Below, in pieces: positions 13,441 to 28,123 of a stretch of DNA of 64,000 nucleotides. Source of the DNA: Tubulanus polymorphus (lineage: Eukaryota > Animalia > Nemertea); the NCBI RefSeq assembly GCF_964204645.1, contig NC_134036.1, positions 6,540,600-6,604,599 on the forward strand. Direction: 5' to 3'. The notes below the pieces were generated by a model that searched no databases, was not told the origin of the DNA, and saw only the letters and a list, made by a program, of their open reading frames with translations. The translations under genes and the position numbers were made by a program. Each line of letters begins with the position of its first letter. Positions within the stretch are counted from its first letter, which is position 1.

Positions 13441-14184
13441 GCAAAAACCGTAATGTTTCCAATGTCTCCATTTTTAACGCATGCGCATTAGGCTTAGTAA
13501 GTGTTGAAAAAGTCTAAGTCGAGAAATCAGTACAGTGCGCAGGCGTCATGACAGTGTTTACATGTTTCAAAACTGGGTCATGTCACACACAGTACGGTAT
13601 TCGCTTGAAATGAACCAGCGTGAACTTTAGCAGCGGGATCGTGATGTCTAAATAATCTCGTATCATATGCTTGCGTATTATATGTTAATACAATTAAAAG
13701 AATCCAAATAAATAAAATAAACAGTGACATTTGGGATCACCATAGAAAGTGCACCAAAGTTCATAATGGTTACCATTTCGAGATCAGCATTTTCGGGATT
13801 CGAACGTGATAGCGTCGTATAAAATAAATCAGCGACACTGGAGTCATCAAAGTTCAAATTGAAATGAAATAAGTTCAGTATTTTTCGGGGCTCGAATCTG
13901 GTAGCGCCACAAAAATAAACGAGTGACACTCGGGTCATCAATGTTCAAATCAAATTGAAATAAGATGAAATAAGATAATTATTTATTGTGGGATTCGAAT
14001 CTAATAGAAACGGAAACATGGAGTCATCAAAACACACATTCATTATGCGTCCTGACATGACCCAGTTTTGAAAGTTCTGACATGTAGTGACGCCTGCGCA
14101 CTCAACCGATTTCTGGACTTTCACCAACACTCACTAATGCGCATGCGTTAAAAACGGAGACATTGGAAACATTACGGTTTTTGC
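13441..14184. mobile_element. 744-bp MITE with long TIRs and 10-bp TSD (Mutator-like)
   Basis: gcaaaaaccgtaatgtttccaatgtctcc ... ggagacattggaaacattacggtttttgc. Imperfect TIR ~140 bp. gggccgatac on both flanks (13431-13440, 14185-14194). Confidence 0.9.
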
Positions 14185-15871
14185 GGGCCGATACGTCCGG
14201 AGTTATGTTCAATATGGATGAATCTAGAATGTTTATACGTTCAGTTGCGTTTATCCTATCAAATTAATGAATATATCAATTAAATTTTCTCAATTCGATA
14301 GACTTCAACAAGTCATTTACGCCAGCGAGGATGATTTGTCTTTTATCAACTTGTCTACCCCTACGGGCTAATAGATCTAGGATTCTGATTAGTATGGATA
14401 AATCTAGAATATTCACAGTACGTTAACCCTATCGAATAGATTAGTTCAATTATCTGAATAACTATTTCGATATAGTTAACCATTTTACAGTATAGGCATT
14501 CGAAAGGACCACAGTGCATGTAACCAGTGTGAATGTATTTTATCTACACGAATAGATGATATATACTGAAAACCGCTGTCGAAAACAGAAAGTTCTGACC
14601 GTTTTTACAGTAACTGCCTCGAGGCGTTTTACATACATACTCCACGCTGTAATATTAAATCAATATCCCTCTCGGTTACAGTCGATTCATAGAAAACGCT
14701 GAGATACGCAGGATATTTCAAATACGAATGAAGCTATGCTCATAATCTCTAGCTTTGAATCCAGAGAATTGATCCAATTTTCGTCGATGGAGACATCTTA
14801 ATTTAATTAAAAAAGCACTTTCTTTTAATTTGAACACAATTTATGGCTAAAGATTTACTAGCTAATACCTGTGCTCAATATTAAATGTGCTCATCGTCCA
14901 TATCTTGCTTTGAATCTCGATTTTCAAAAAATCGCATTTGAACACAAATCAAGCCTTGTGATACGATAGATAACAGCAATTTGACCGAATATATTTTTCA
15001 ACGCCAAATATTTAATCTATACCGTTTATTCGGTTCTCTTCAGATTTTTCAATCCGAGATCGATGTTCATCCTTAATTCGTTTGAGAAAATTAAAATGGG
15101 ATAATTACACCCAACGGAACATGCTTAGAATACAAGCAACGCGAAATCGCTTCACCCATATAGGCCTACTAAAGTGAGATGCACGAAATTTCAAAATAAT
15201 AATTTTCGATGTTTTGGAGCCACCACTCAGACTCGTTGAGCCTCATATAAAAGATTTTGTGTTCGATGAATTTTTTGTTTGATTCACGTTTCATATTCTA
15301 AATATTAATCAAATCAACATCTTTTTCGATGTTAATTAGTTTTTCTGTAAAACTGTGCACTATACGCAGTTATAGTTTCAAAATTGGATAGAATTTCGAC
15401 AAAATAACTTGAATCTAATAAGTTTTTCTTTTTTACAATTAACAACGGGTTCGGTGATCTTTCTTTTTAGTTACGTCTGTGATACGTGTGGAAAACAAAA
15501 ACGATGATATATTTAGTATTTGGTGTTTGAAAATATTTAACGAGTCAGAAAATTCGGATTTGAATATTTCTGCTCGGTTTAAACTTGGGTGTTTTGAGTG
15601 TATGCCGTTTCACGATAAGCTTGGCAGAATATATAGCAATTAGTAAACTCACTGAAACTAGAATAACCGCGAACATCAAGAAGTTCTTCATTCAGTTGCG
15701 TCATTATTCTTTATCCTATGCTGAAAATGCATCGTACGCATTTTAGCTGGAAACGATTGATGAATTTTCGACTCGGTGGAGCGAATTTTCTGATTGGATG
15801 AAATCGGATCGTGATGCGACCAATAAACGATTCTATGAAACTTGACGAATTTCGTTCATTCTGTCGCAGTG

Positions 15872-18800
15872 ATGTGGTTCGTTATGGACCAGCGACTGAG
15901 AGCGCTGTTTATAGCATCGCTGATCGTCTGTCAAGTTCGCATCGCGCGCGCTGATCGCGCAGACTCTATCGAGGAATCGTCTGTGACGGTAAGTTCGTCT
16001 TGTAACAACACGTTGAACCAGCTAGATTCTACGTCCGGTTACATCGTTTCACCGAATTACCCTACGTTAACGAGCGGTGTTGAATGTCGTTGGTTCATCA
16101 ACAGTTCTTTACCGGGAACTTTTCACGTCCAAGTTTTCTACGAAATCGCGCTTTCATTGTTTTGTAATGATAACTATCTTCTCGTCTACCAATCTGATAA
16201 CAGATTCTGTGGCGATGGAAAACATGAAATTCGCCGTGACGATTCGATCTCGTTGATGTTTAGGAGTGACGTCGATGGCGCGCGAGGTAGTCGGGTTTAT
16301 ATCATATACCATTTCGAACGAATCCGATTGAAAATCCGTAACGACTGCTATAGATTGAATTTAGTGAATGAATCAAAAACATCGACCGGATACAAATTGA
16401 TGATGTACCTAGATTATAGGTGCCGTTGGTTTTTCGAATGGAACGACATCCCAGTTGGTTTGGCGATGAATTTCACATACGAAGATTTGGATTCAAAAGT
16501 ATTTACCGGCACGGTAGTCGATCCAGCGACACAATTTCGAATCTATGATGGGTGGAGCACCAGCAGTGACCCGATAGCGCGAATTGGTTTCCAAAGCGGA
16601 CATAAGCCGTCATCGTTTTACACGAAAACTAAAAAGGCAATGATTTCTGCGTCAAACCAACGCACAACGAGAACTATACTTTTAGTTCATACGTACAAAA
16701 TATCAGATTGGAACGTCTCTAATCCGTTGATTCAGATCTCTAATAACGAGTCGGGAGTGCTCATTCCCGATGACAACAGTTTACACGTAATAACTCGATC
16801 GAAACACTTACACTGCTGGTCTATCACAGTGCAGGTGTTACAGTACGTCGTCTTTAAGTGGACACGTGATCTCGTCACATCAGGTGATGTCATAGGTGTA
16901 TATAAACAAGACGGGTTACGCGTTGTAGGAACTGACATTTTACTCGGTTACAACTACCTGCAATCACTGAGTGTCAAATCTGACGGCTTTCTCGTCATAC
17001 TGTGCGTTTTTACGAGGCCGAACATCACAGAACCGAATGTGAAAATTGACTTCAGAATGAAATCAACATCGATGTCAAAACTTCGCATTCATAAAGCTCC
17101 GGTAAGTGCCGAATTGTGGATACTCAAAGATTGAAACTCAAGCAAAGATTCGCAGCAGAGGTAAATATTTTTCAGTTAATGGATTCTGCTATCTGTATAT
17201 TTTAGATAAGACGCTCCAACACAATACCACTGCCATATTTCCATATTTTTCCTTCTACATCGAGGACGTTAGAGTATCGTGTTAATCTGTTAGAAATCAA
17301 ATGGAAAGTCGATATTTATGAAGAGAATATGGAACTAACAGTTTTATCAGAGAACTGCGAGCGAGCTGGATTTTACATATTTGACGGTGGTAATTTCTCG
17401 GCTAGACGATACGGTCCGTATTGTCCCGGTTCATCGGGTTATCGACGAAGTGTCATCGGTCTGATTACATCAGGTGGTCCTGTCATCGTAGCAGGCTATA
17501 CTTATAACCGACCTCCTAAGCCCCTGGTTCACGATAAGATTGCGAGATTACAGTTTCGTCCGACTGATTGTGACGGTTATGCTCTACGAAATGGAAAAAT
17601 CCAGGTTACAAAGACGTCACACTGTTTCAGGATTACACCAGAAAACCGAGCAGTACCATTACACAGAATTTACATATTATCACAGCACGAATATGAAATT
17701 GGTGAATGTGTGCCTATTGTTATGACAATCTACATCGCGAGATGTAGATCTCAAATGCCACTCAGTATTCTGCGTCTAAATTCCAGTCTCATACTGCACA
17801 CTGTTACATTCCGACAGGCGAATTTCCTCTCGAAATATCCGTACATCGTTGAATTACGGCGTATTTGTCAAACGTTAAGAATCCCTAACTCACCAACTAC
17901 GACGCAGCGCGGCGAAGGCGATTGTGGAATTCTACAGTCGCCGAATTACCCATCACCTCTTGAAACTTCATCTGTCATATTGAAATACAAACTCTCGTTC
18001 AAATATAACAAATTAAGAATTCAGTTTTACCGATTTGTCATTAAAGCGATGGAAAGGACGTCGTGCATCGAGGAAAGCCAATACAGACCTGAACCAGTGA
18101 CATTCGTCCAGGAGTTTACTTACGCGGATTTTAATAAGTGGATAAGCGCTGCCCGCCACGTTACGAAACTATGCGATACGTTTGCTGAACCGGGAGTTAT
18201 GTTTTACAGCATAAGGGATACATCGTTATGGTTTGAAGTGCAAAACCGAATACCCCCATTCAAGATACAATACATATTAGAAATACAGTTACCGGCGAAA
18301 AGGCGTGGAACTTTTTGTAAATTGGGGTTTAAATACTCGGGAATGTCATGCCTAAAATATGTCAGAGATGAACGTTTGAATTGGGAGAATGCTGAATTGT
18401 ATTGTAGACAGAAGTACGGGGGACATCTACTCAGTATCAACTCACAACAGGAAATGATTTCGATTAAACCACTATTTGCTATATACCCGCTGATTAATAT
18501 GGCGTTTTCAAAGAAAGCGCTCTTAATGATGATTGGACTGAAGAAAATGGTAATTTAGTTCGTATTCTAAGTATCACAAAGTGTCTATTAAAATGATTAT
18601 AAGAATATCAAATTATTATATTTCAAGAAAAATAATGGTTTTTACATGTGGACGGATGGTAAACCATTGAGCTACACTGAGTGGTATAAACCTGCAAATA
18701 ACGACACGATACCAGAAGTTATTCGAGGATTGATATCTCCTCTTAGAAAACAACCGATAAATGATGAAAATATGCTGTGTACAGCGATGATACTTAATAA

Positions 18801-21800
18801 CCCACGCGGTTCGGCGAACTGGGTTCGATTCCCCTGCGAACTCGAAGAAAGTCACACGAGTTTCGTTTGCGAAACCAAAAGAATCGATGTGAATACAGAT
18901 TTAGATGGTAATACAACGAGTAATTCATCATCCGGAGCTTACAGACAACACCTTTCGAATAGGGATAAGATGAATGCCAATTGTACAGTAGGTTGGTTAA
19001 GCATAGGAGGAAAATGTTACCAGATCCTTACTGAATGGCACACGAATCAAAGTTTACATACCAATAGCGCAAGTCAAATGTGTCATGGAATCCGCGGTGA
19101 AATAGGTACGATAAATGATCTGATACACACTAAAATGTTGATTGCCAGATTCCAATATCAGCACCAGTATGGCGCTATTCTAGCTAAACGATTTAGCAAT
19201 CAGTGGATGGAAATAAAAGCGGTTGTAACGAGTGATGAAATAGCTTATAATCATTCTGTTTATTGGGTATTGATACCCTGGTATAATCAATCAGATACAG
19301 CGCATTCTGTATTGTGTTCCTACAATGTAACTGATGAAGAGTTAGCTTCTATAAGCGGTTGTAAATCGTGGCAGTTTGAATGTAACGATCAAAGATGTAT
19401 CAGCGACCATCGCGTATGTGATACCAGACACGACTGTCAACACGGTGAAGATGAACTCGATTGTTCGGATATCAATTTACACAGTCAGTTTCAATGCAAT
19501 GATGGTCAGGTTGTATCCATAAGTGGTTTCTGTGATTTCATACAGGATTGTGTGGAAGGTTCTGATGAGAACTCGTGTATTTATTCCCCGTGTTTGTCCG
19601 AAGAATTTTCCTGTAAAAGTGGTCAATGTGTCAGTATGTCTAAACGATGCGATAGTGTGACTGATTGCAATGACGGTTCTGATGAAGTGGGATGCATCGC
19701 TCAACTGTGTAAGGGATTCCTATGTAACAGTGGTGACTGTATCAGTTCTCAGTTGTATCAGGATGGTGTCGTGGATTGTAGTGGAAGCCTCCAAGAAGAT
19801 GAATTAGTATTAGCTACTAATGTTACAGTGAATCCTAAGGTTAATTGTAATAATGAAAACTACTGTACGACTAACTTCACAAATCTTTGTGCGAAATCTG
19901 ATGAACAAAGATGTTCTTTCAATTCTCCTCATTGTTATTCAAGACGTCACAGATGTATTCTAGAAAGAATGACGAATGGTTTCCCAGTTTGTAGAAATCT
20001 CGAGCACGTGTTGAGATGTGAAGAATTTGAATGCCCAGCTGGTACTGTAAAATGTCCAGCATCGTACTGTATACCGATCAGACAGGTGTGCGATGGTCAA
20101 TCAGATTGTCCTAATTCAGAAGATGAACTAAACTGCGATGCACTTTCCTGTCCAGGAATGTTTAAATGTGGTCAGGAAAATCGATGCACTCCACAATCTG
20201 AAGTTTGTAATGGTGTCGCAAATTGTAAATATACAACTGATGACGAGGCTTTCTGTAACGTCACCTGTCGTGAAGGTTGTAAGTGTCAAGGTCATTTGAT
20301 CGATTGTAAAAATTCCGGTTTAACAAATATTACCGGTCTTTACCCGGCATCAACTCGAGTTTTAATTTTGTCAAATAACGAAATTATCTTGGATATGTCG
20401 ACATTCTTTTCGTATATCTATTTGCGTATGCTCAACATTTCCTACAATGAATTGTCATATATTTTACCAAACTCGTTCTCAAACCTGCATAATCTACATA
20501 CATTAGACCTTACATACAACAATATAACGTCTGTATTTGCTAATACATTCGCCGGTTTGTACAGTTTGAAAGAGTTATTGATAACTGAAAATCCAATAAG
20601 TCATTTAGAGGATGATACGTTCAAAGATTTGAAGTCACTTAAAATTATCGACCTTCACGGACTTAGTTTGTCGGTTATTGGCAGGAATGTGTTTCGAGGT
20701 TTATCTACATTACAGTTATTGAATATCAGCAGTAACAGAATCCATCATATTTCGCTTTACGCATTTTCTGGATTAATTTCACTTGAAATCCTGGATGTAA
20801 CCAACAACTACAAAGTTATTGCTGTCGACAGAAAGGTTTTCGACAATCTGACATCGTTAATCTCACTAAGGTCGGATGCTTACAAATTTTGCTGCATGGC
20901 TCCGAATGTTGACCAGTGCATTCCTGAAGCCGATCAATTTTCCTCCTGTTCTGATTTGATGGGTAACACAGTCCTCAGAGCTATTATTTGGGTCATCGCT
21001 TCATTCAGTTTTATCGCTAACGGAATTGTCATTTCTCTTCGCATTCAAACGATTCGATTCTATTCAAATCAATCTTCGGACATCATCATTATTAATGTAG
21101 CTGTGTGCGATTTTATGATGTCTATGTATTTGTTTCTGATCGCTGGAGCCGATTATACTTATAAGGGAATTTACTTTCTCTATTCAGAATCATGGACGGA
21201 CAGTTTGTTTTGTCGTCTCGCTGGAGTCGTGGTCACTATTTCCTGTGAAGGTTCATTGATATTTTTACTCATCATGACACGTCACAGATATTCAAATGTC
21301 GTTAATCCATTTTCTGGAAACCAAATTACATCTCCAAAACATGTGCGCTTTATTTGTTGCACATGTTGGATTTTATTGTGTGCTATTGCATTACTACCCC
21401 TTACACCTTTTCCTTACTTTGGAAACAACTTCTACGGCACTACTGGAGTTTGTTTAGCAATAAATTTAATTTCAATTGATGTCGACGCCTGGGAATATTC
21501 ATTCGCTATTTTTGCCGTGGTTAACTCGGTCATACTTGCTACGATAATGGCGACTTATGCGCAAATGTACAGACTCGTATCAGGAAGCAGGTCTGGTTCT
21601 GGTAGAGCTGATCCCACCGAACTGATTCTGGCACGCAGGAGTTTGGTGATAAATCTTTGTAATTTATTTTGCTGGCTGCCGTTGATTATCGTTCAGTTTT
21701 GCGCCGTATTACGGGTAGAAATACCGAATCAAGTGGCGGCTTGGCTGGCGGTTCTTTTCTTACCGATCAACTCGTCCCTCAATCCCCTTCTTTACACCAT

Positions 21801-21864
21801 ACTGACTATCGATATGAAATCCATACGAGCAAAAACTAAACGCAGGCAACATCGAGGCAATTAG
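15872..21864 (+). CDS. GRL101-like leucine-rich-repeat GPCR with CUB, C-type lectin and LDLa domains, ~1936 aa, 3 exons
   Basis: Exons 15872-17101, 17206-18549, 18628-21864 join through phase-0 GT-AG introns with no stops. Signal peptide, CUB (SPNYP twice), two CTL domains, 6-7 LDLa, LRRs, hinge (CC...FSSCSDLM), 7TM ending NPLLY. Confidence 0.88.
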
Positions 21865-23093
21865 ACTAACTGCTACAGTCTAGCTATATATATTACTCTG
21901 ATACATATTCAGTTGACAACATTAAATAATCTCAATTTACTGAAATACCTCGGAGTGTCCACATCTACAATAACTGCTTAGGGATGGGGAAGATATTATG
22001 TCAAGTCGGTCGGCAATCGCTCCCTGGACTCAACACTCAATGCGCGCCATTCAGGTCACGTAGCCCAATTGCTCCTGCGCGAAATTAATATACCGAGCTA
22101 AATTTCACAGCCGTAGTGCCTATATCTGTCAACAGCACCAATAACCGGAAGGAGATTCAAATAATGCATTTCCTGCAATTTACTAAACCTGATCGTAACT
22201 TATATACATGTTTTCCATCTTTTGATGAAATGTTGGATATTTTTGAGGCACACAATGCCTAAAATTGAGCTATTAAAGATACCCCCCCCCCCTTTAACAC
22301 TCCAGTATATTTGATATCGCAAATGTGTTATTTTTCGGTCAAAGGTCATACAATTCAGATGATAAACCCATGGTTCATATATTGACGCACTAACTGACTG
22401 GATTCTTAGAAAAAAAATAAAATATACGGACCTGTAAAAAGGGTTTTCTGCGAAACAGTCGGAAAACATAACAAACACTCGTATCCGAATAAGCCGGAAA
22501 AAATATCCGATAGTGCATGAATAAAACAATCGGTCAAATGAATCGAAGCAATTGAAAATCCGCGCACCAGCACCTCATTCTAGAAAATTACGAGAGAATG
22601 TTATAACATGTTTTTCTTAAACTCTTAATTACGTATGGCTGCGTTTACTTTATTCTGTTTGTTGTTTATGCCATCTATATATATAGTATTTACATGTTTA
22701 CTTATTTACATATTTACATCTTGCCCAAAATGCCGTTCATGGCGCGTGGCGAGATAATGTTTTGTAACATCTTTTCTTATGATGTCAATAAACTAATATT
22801 TTATTTTAAAAAAAAACCAGCAATCCCATCAGATGGCGAGACTAGCAGTAAGTCATCCGTTGTCAGTATTAGATCGTTTCAATGGAGTAACGATAACATG
22901 GATTAATCAAAGAAACGGGAAGCCCGCAATACTAGGTATCCCAACTGGCGTGACGAGCAGAAGGTCTCCCGTTCTCAAAATTAGTTCATTTTAAATGAAG
23001 AATGAACTGGATTTTGGACTCCCGAATCCATAAATTATCACAGGACTGACCGAATATGAAATGAATTCACTTTTCTACTCGGATACTGGCTGA

Positions 23094-26000
23094 ATACGCG
23101 TCCACTGGACGGCTTTCGCGTTGATCGCATGTTGGTCGTGAGCACACCACATCGGCGCATGCTGATATTTTTTGCTAACGAAAATCATTCATATTCTTAA
23201 TTTGCCGGGAAATGAATCTAATTGCTTCGAACGTCTAGAGTTCTTGGAACCAACCCCACACCTCCTCTACCCCGTCTGACCTGTCCGTGGAACAAAACCT
23301 ATCGTTCAAATAACTAACAGTAAATTCTGCCCCAGCCGCTTTTATGGCCCTCGTCCTTGTTCGATCTATTTACATACTAGATTGACCACACCACCCGTAC
23401 GTCCATTTAAAAAGCCCCTCCTATCAACCAACGAATTGCATGATATTATGCTTAAATTGTGGGACTACCATTAAAATCGAAAATTTCCGAGAGTCGCTCG
23501 ACGATGATATTAGGATTCTGTATTTTGTAGAATCACTGTTTGACATTATTTTTTTGATATCTTTCATATATACATACATTTCCTTAAGAGAGCCCCGCTC
23601 AGAGAAGTACGAACATTTTTTTTGGCCCCTCTCCGTACAAAGTTACTACATTATTTGTTTACCCTTCCCCAAACGTATGTCCTATTCGAACGCTCGCTTA
23701 TAAAATTTACCACGAACGCACGCATCCGCAGCCCCCAGAGCCATTCCGAGAGGCTGCGCTTGGGCCAGTGAAGGGTGTTCGAACATCGCTGAATCACTGA
23801 ATCACTGAAACGCTGAAACGCTGATTATTATATCAATTTTGCTGATTCATTGAATTTATTTCTAAATACGCTGAATCCATGTAGATTTTACATATTCTAA
23901 GGAAAGTGTATCATTAGATCGATTCATTGAATATATTTTGTGACATTCGTTAAAAATTCAGTTGGACTAGGGTAACCGGACGTATTTTGCGGAGAGCGGT
24001 AATGACTTTCGGCTAACGTCATCGGTACTTCGATGTCTTACAGCTTTATCAGCTGGGAACCCGCGTTTCAGATATGATAGAAAAATACACAAAACAAATC
24101 ATGACGATTGTAATGTGAGGCAACGATTGGAATCAAATAGTTGACTGCTGAATATAGTCACAAATAAACTGGCGTTTGTTTGTCCTGCCAGGCCGCTTAC
24201 CGCGAATTCGATTCAATATTAGAGCGCTATTAATATCTTTAATCTTGCTCTAAAGGCATTACCGTCATCAAATATGCTGTCATTTATATGCTGTTTATCA
24301 TTTATTATAGCCTACATTGCTGTTTTACAATTATTTGAAAAAAATCAATGAAATGACAAAGGATTATAATTAACACAGAATTGAGCGTTTCGGCAATTCT
24401 GTGATTCTGTGATTCAGCGAAGTTCGAACACCCGCCCCCGTCTGTGCTATGGAACCATTCCGAAAAACTGCGCAATGGGCCTGTCCCCCTCCCCTCCAAG
24501 AACCATTCTGAGACGTTGTCTATGGACCGGCAACATGGTCAGAACATATATCGCCAAGTCCAATCATACTAATTTTGATCCAAAGATTACGTGTATGAAT
24601 GTCTTAACCGATGTTTTGAACAACTCAGTGTGAGTGAACCGTGTCTGCACTTTTACGATGCTGCGTTGCGTGTCCGAAGTCAGGTCAGGTCAGTAGATTA
24701 CTAAGGAAATGAACCTGAACTAAAGAAACAGCCATGCACGGTATCATTACCTTCTGGATCAAATCGGGCGTTCTTACTCTTGGCAAGAGTTCATTGCGAC
24801 TCGAAACGCATAGACTTTATACAAATATATCCCGATTCGTTTGAATAGTTAATAATCTGACATTTCACCATTCACAATGAATAGCGAATATTCATTTTTT
24901 CGCAATGACAAATCTCGACTATTGAGTTAATTTAGTCAGATTTCTGAGCATCGACTTTTAATTTCGGTGCCGAGAATAAACTGCGAACTTCTAAAAATGA
25001 TACACGGCTTTCATTCGCGTTTAAGTATTTAGATAGTCAGTCTTCAAATTAACGTCAATCATGAATTCTACCCAGCCGCAAATTGGTCGCCCTTACGCTA
25101 GTTTCATCGTGCTCATGTCCGTGGTAAACAGATCCGGCGCATCCCGATACTTGTCATCAGTCATTCTAGCCGTTCTGTTCGCGTTAGGAGCCTTCGGAAA
25201 TTCGGCTACTTTCCTGATAATGACGACCCAAAGATTCCGCAACTTATCTTACGTCAACTATCTTATCGTTTTGTCTTTGACTGATTTCGTGATCTGTATC
25301 AATTTCACGTTAATGCCCGTCCTGCAATTCGCTCTGTTCAATCAACGCGTAGATCCGATATTCCTGATGAAATCGCTGATCAGTTGCCGGATCTACGAGT
25401 TTGTAATGGCGCTCGCGTCATCTACTAGTTCCTGGTTGATAGTAACTATATCTCTGGAACGCGCGGCCGTCGTGTTCTTCCCGTTCGCATCTCGTTCGAT
25501 ATGTACACCGACATTCGCCAGATTTACTATAACGATAATAACCGCGGCGAACGCGCTGTTCATATATTTCCTACCCATAATGTCGAAACAGCATTCGGAA
25601 CGGTATCTCGGCTGTTACTACGAATCGTCTAACCAACTTCAATTCCTCACCGTAATCGTCATCTACCTTTACATCGTCCCGTTAACCGTGATAATCACGT
25701 CGAATACCGTTATAGTAATTCGGTTACTATTCGCGGGTTCGAAATTCGTATCGTCCGATAGGAAAACAACGAAATCGAAACGTACGACGATAATGCTCGT
25801 AACGGTTTCACTGGCGTTCGCGACGTTTACGCTACCGTCCACTATCACCACGTTATCGCCGATCCCTTTCGGACTGAAACAATTTCTTTACGATATATTC
25901 GTACAGTTTCACGTTTGTAACTATGTCGTTAACTTTTACGTATATCTTTTACTGGGAAGAAGAATTCGCGAATATTTCTGCGCAAAAGTCTGTTGCAGAA

Positions 26001-27385
26001 TATCGGACCAATAGAAATTGATATCATCTCATCCGTTAACATGACAAATCATTACCGTGTATTTGTTAGAGAATGTTTGGAATTTTCAATTGTTAAATCA
26101 CTATTTATATGTATAAAATTTGTACCAAGTTGCGACTATAAGGCGAACCGCATATGCGCAATGAGACACAAAGAGGACAATGAGGATGAAAGGGCCAACT
26201 GGCTCATGCATCTACTACTAAATTGTGAAAAAGATACACGTGTACAATACAGTTAATTTCATTTTTCTCCCAAAAATCAAAAATAAATTTCGAAATAAAT
26301 TTTCAAAAAAATTTCAAAATTTAATCCCAAAAAGAAAAGAGTTTTTCTGATCATTTTTGTCTTTCTGTTTCGAGCAGTCGAAAAGATTGGCTATTTTCGT
26401 GAGAGTCCCGCAGAGATTTATCACAACACATCGCACAGGATTTAAGATCGCTTTTCCGGTATTGGGCTGTTATAAAATGAATTTTCAACAGTAAATCTAC
26501 TCACCATTAATTTCTTTAAGCTGTTTCAGAGCCATCCCGATCTATGTATCGACTCACGTCGCTAGGGGTATCATGAGACGTAGATTTCACCCTGTTATCT
26601 GTAAAATATAAACCAACAGTGAACTTACAGTAAAAGAAATCTAAGTTTAATATCCTGGTGCAGAACAGACAGACGTAGAAATTGAAATGAGACCGGTCCC
26701 GGCACGCGACTTAAAAATCAGTAAATTCGAGAATGTTTGCGGAGTCTCCCATACATAGAAATCCATTTCAAAACACGACAGTGTTAAGCCATACGCGGGC
26801 TTATCGCGGAATTTCAATATTCCATCCTCGAGCAAAAATCGAGTTAGATTTATCGAATAATAAATCCCACAACCTGGAAAACATATATAGCATATCGGGT
26901 GCATAATTGCATATTTTTTACATCATTTCGAAGATTGAAATCAACTTTTAGCGATAGAAAAACCTTCGAGGCTCGTGTCTTTAATTTTTCGTATTTTCAA
27001 TAGACACTATGAACATTATCGCCACCTATCAGTTTTATGGGCATTCAAACGAATGTAAAATACACTATAAAGCATACAAGTGTCGTTTGAGCCGCCAGGT
27101 TTGACTAGTTTGCCATCTAGCGGAAAATTGGGTAACTAGGTCAGTCAAGCGTTTCGCGTCATCGTAAAAAAACATTACATCAACGCACCTCATATGACGT
27201 CGCCAGCAAACTTCTTAATTAACGGGTTATCAATGTAACTGGCGCTATTCAAATCGGGGAATTTGTGGTAACTAAACCGAATTTACGGAAAATGTGATAC
27301 AGTCGTTATTTGGGGGTTAATTTCTAGTCTCAGTCTCTCGTCGATTTTCAAACCGTTTCCCCTGTTCGCAAATAGGGTCACATTG
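23094..27385 (+). repeat. Segmental duplication, copy 2 (may extend further left)
   Basis: 23094 aligns to window position 1; homology ends just before an LTR fragment. Confidence 0.95.
25061..26014 (+). CDS. Intronless class A GPCR, paralog of 1977-2930
   Basis: 317 aa, four amino-acid differences from copy 1 (A/T, Y/H, A/T, K/R). Confidence 0.9.
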   Translation: MNSTQPQIGRPYASFIVLMSVVNRSGASRYLSSVILAVLFALGAFGNSATFLIMTTQRFRNLSYVNYLIVLSLTDFVICINFTLMPVLQFALFNQRVDPIFLMKSLISCRIYEFVMALASSTSSWLIVTISLERAAVVFFPFASRSICTPTFARFTITIITAANALFIYFLPIMSKQHSERYLGCYYESSNQLQFLTVIVIYLYIVPLTVIITSNTVIVIRLLFAGSKFVSSDRKTTKSKRTTIMLVTVSLAFATFTLPSTITTLSPIPFGLKQFLYDIFVQFHVCNYVVNFYVYLLLGRRIREYFCAKVCCRISDQ

Positions 27386-28123
27386 GAACTTGTTTATTTA
27401 TCTTTTAAAGTAAGCAGGTTGTTGTTTGATGCTTTGATCTATCAGCGCTGACCATAAATCAGCCTGGTGTAAAAATAATTCTTTCTCGGTTCTTCTGCTG
27501 CGTCATCTGGCAAGCATTCAGAAATCTTTTTATAAACTTAAGAATAGACGGAACCGTATTTGGTCGGAACAATGGGTTGCATTAGTTATGCGGCTGGTGA
27601 AAGAATCACGCTGTTACTTCATGATACTCCCGACTACTTTCTATAAAAAGAAAAACGGAAGTATGGGGAGATATAGTTGTTTTGCTTTATCCCGTATTGT
27701 AATCAAATTCATTTATTGTAACAGTTATAGAATGATTTTAAGAAAGATAATGGATCATAATGAAGTTCCGAATCAAAAGTATTTACGATAATTCAAAAAG
27801 AAATAATCAGTGGTACCGTAATCTGAGACAAATACCATAGTTTCAAAAATATATTCAATTTGAATATCCTAGATGTTAATTGAGAACAAAGTCTCTATAA
27901 TCGCTAAAGTTTTAAGAAAATTAATTTGTGTTAAATGTTAATACCAGCTCTCTAAAGTTTCTCTTGTTGTATACGTCTGTTGGTAACTCGAGAATAGCTG
28001 TTCTCTCAACGATGATAAGCAAGGAGTGAGTAAATCATTCCGCTTCATGACAGGAGGGTTGGAAGGAAAAAGTTAGTTCAGCAAATCAGTTTTGAAAATA
28101 ATTTTAGATCAGCGAATCATTAA

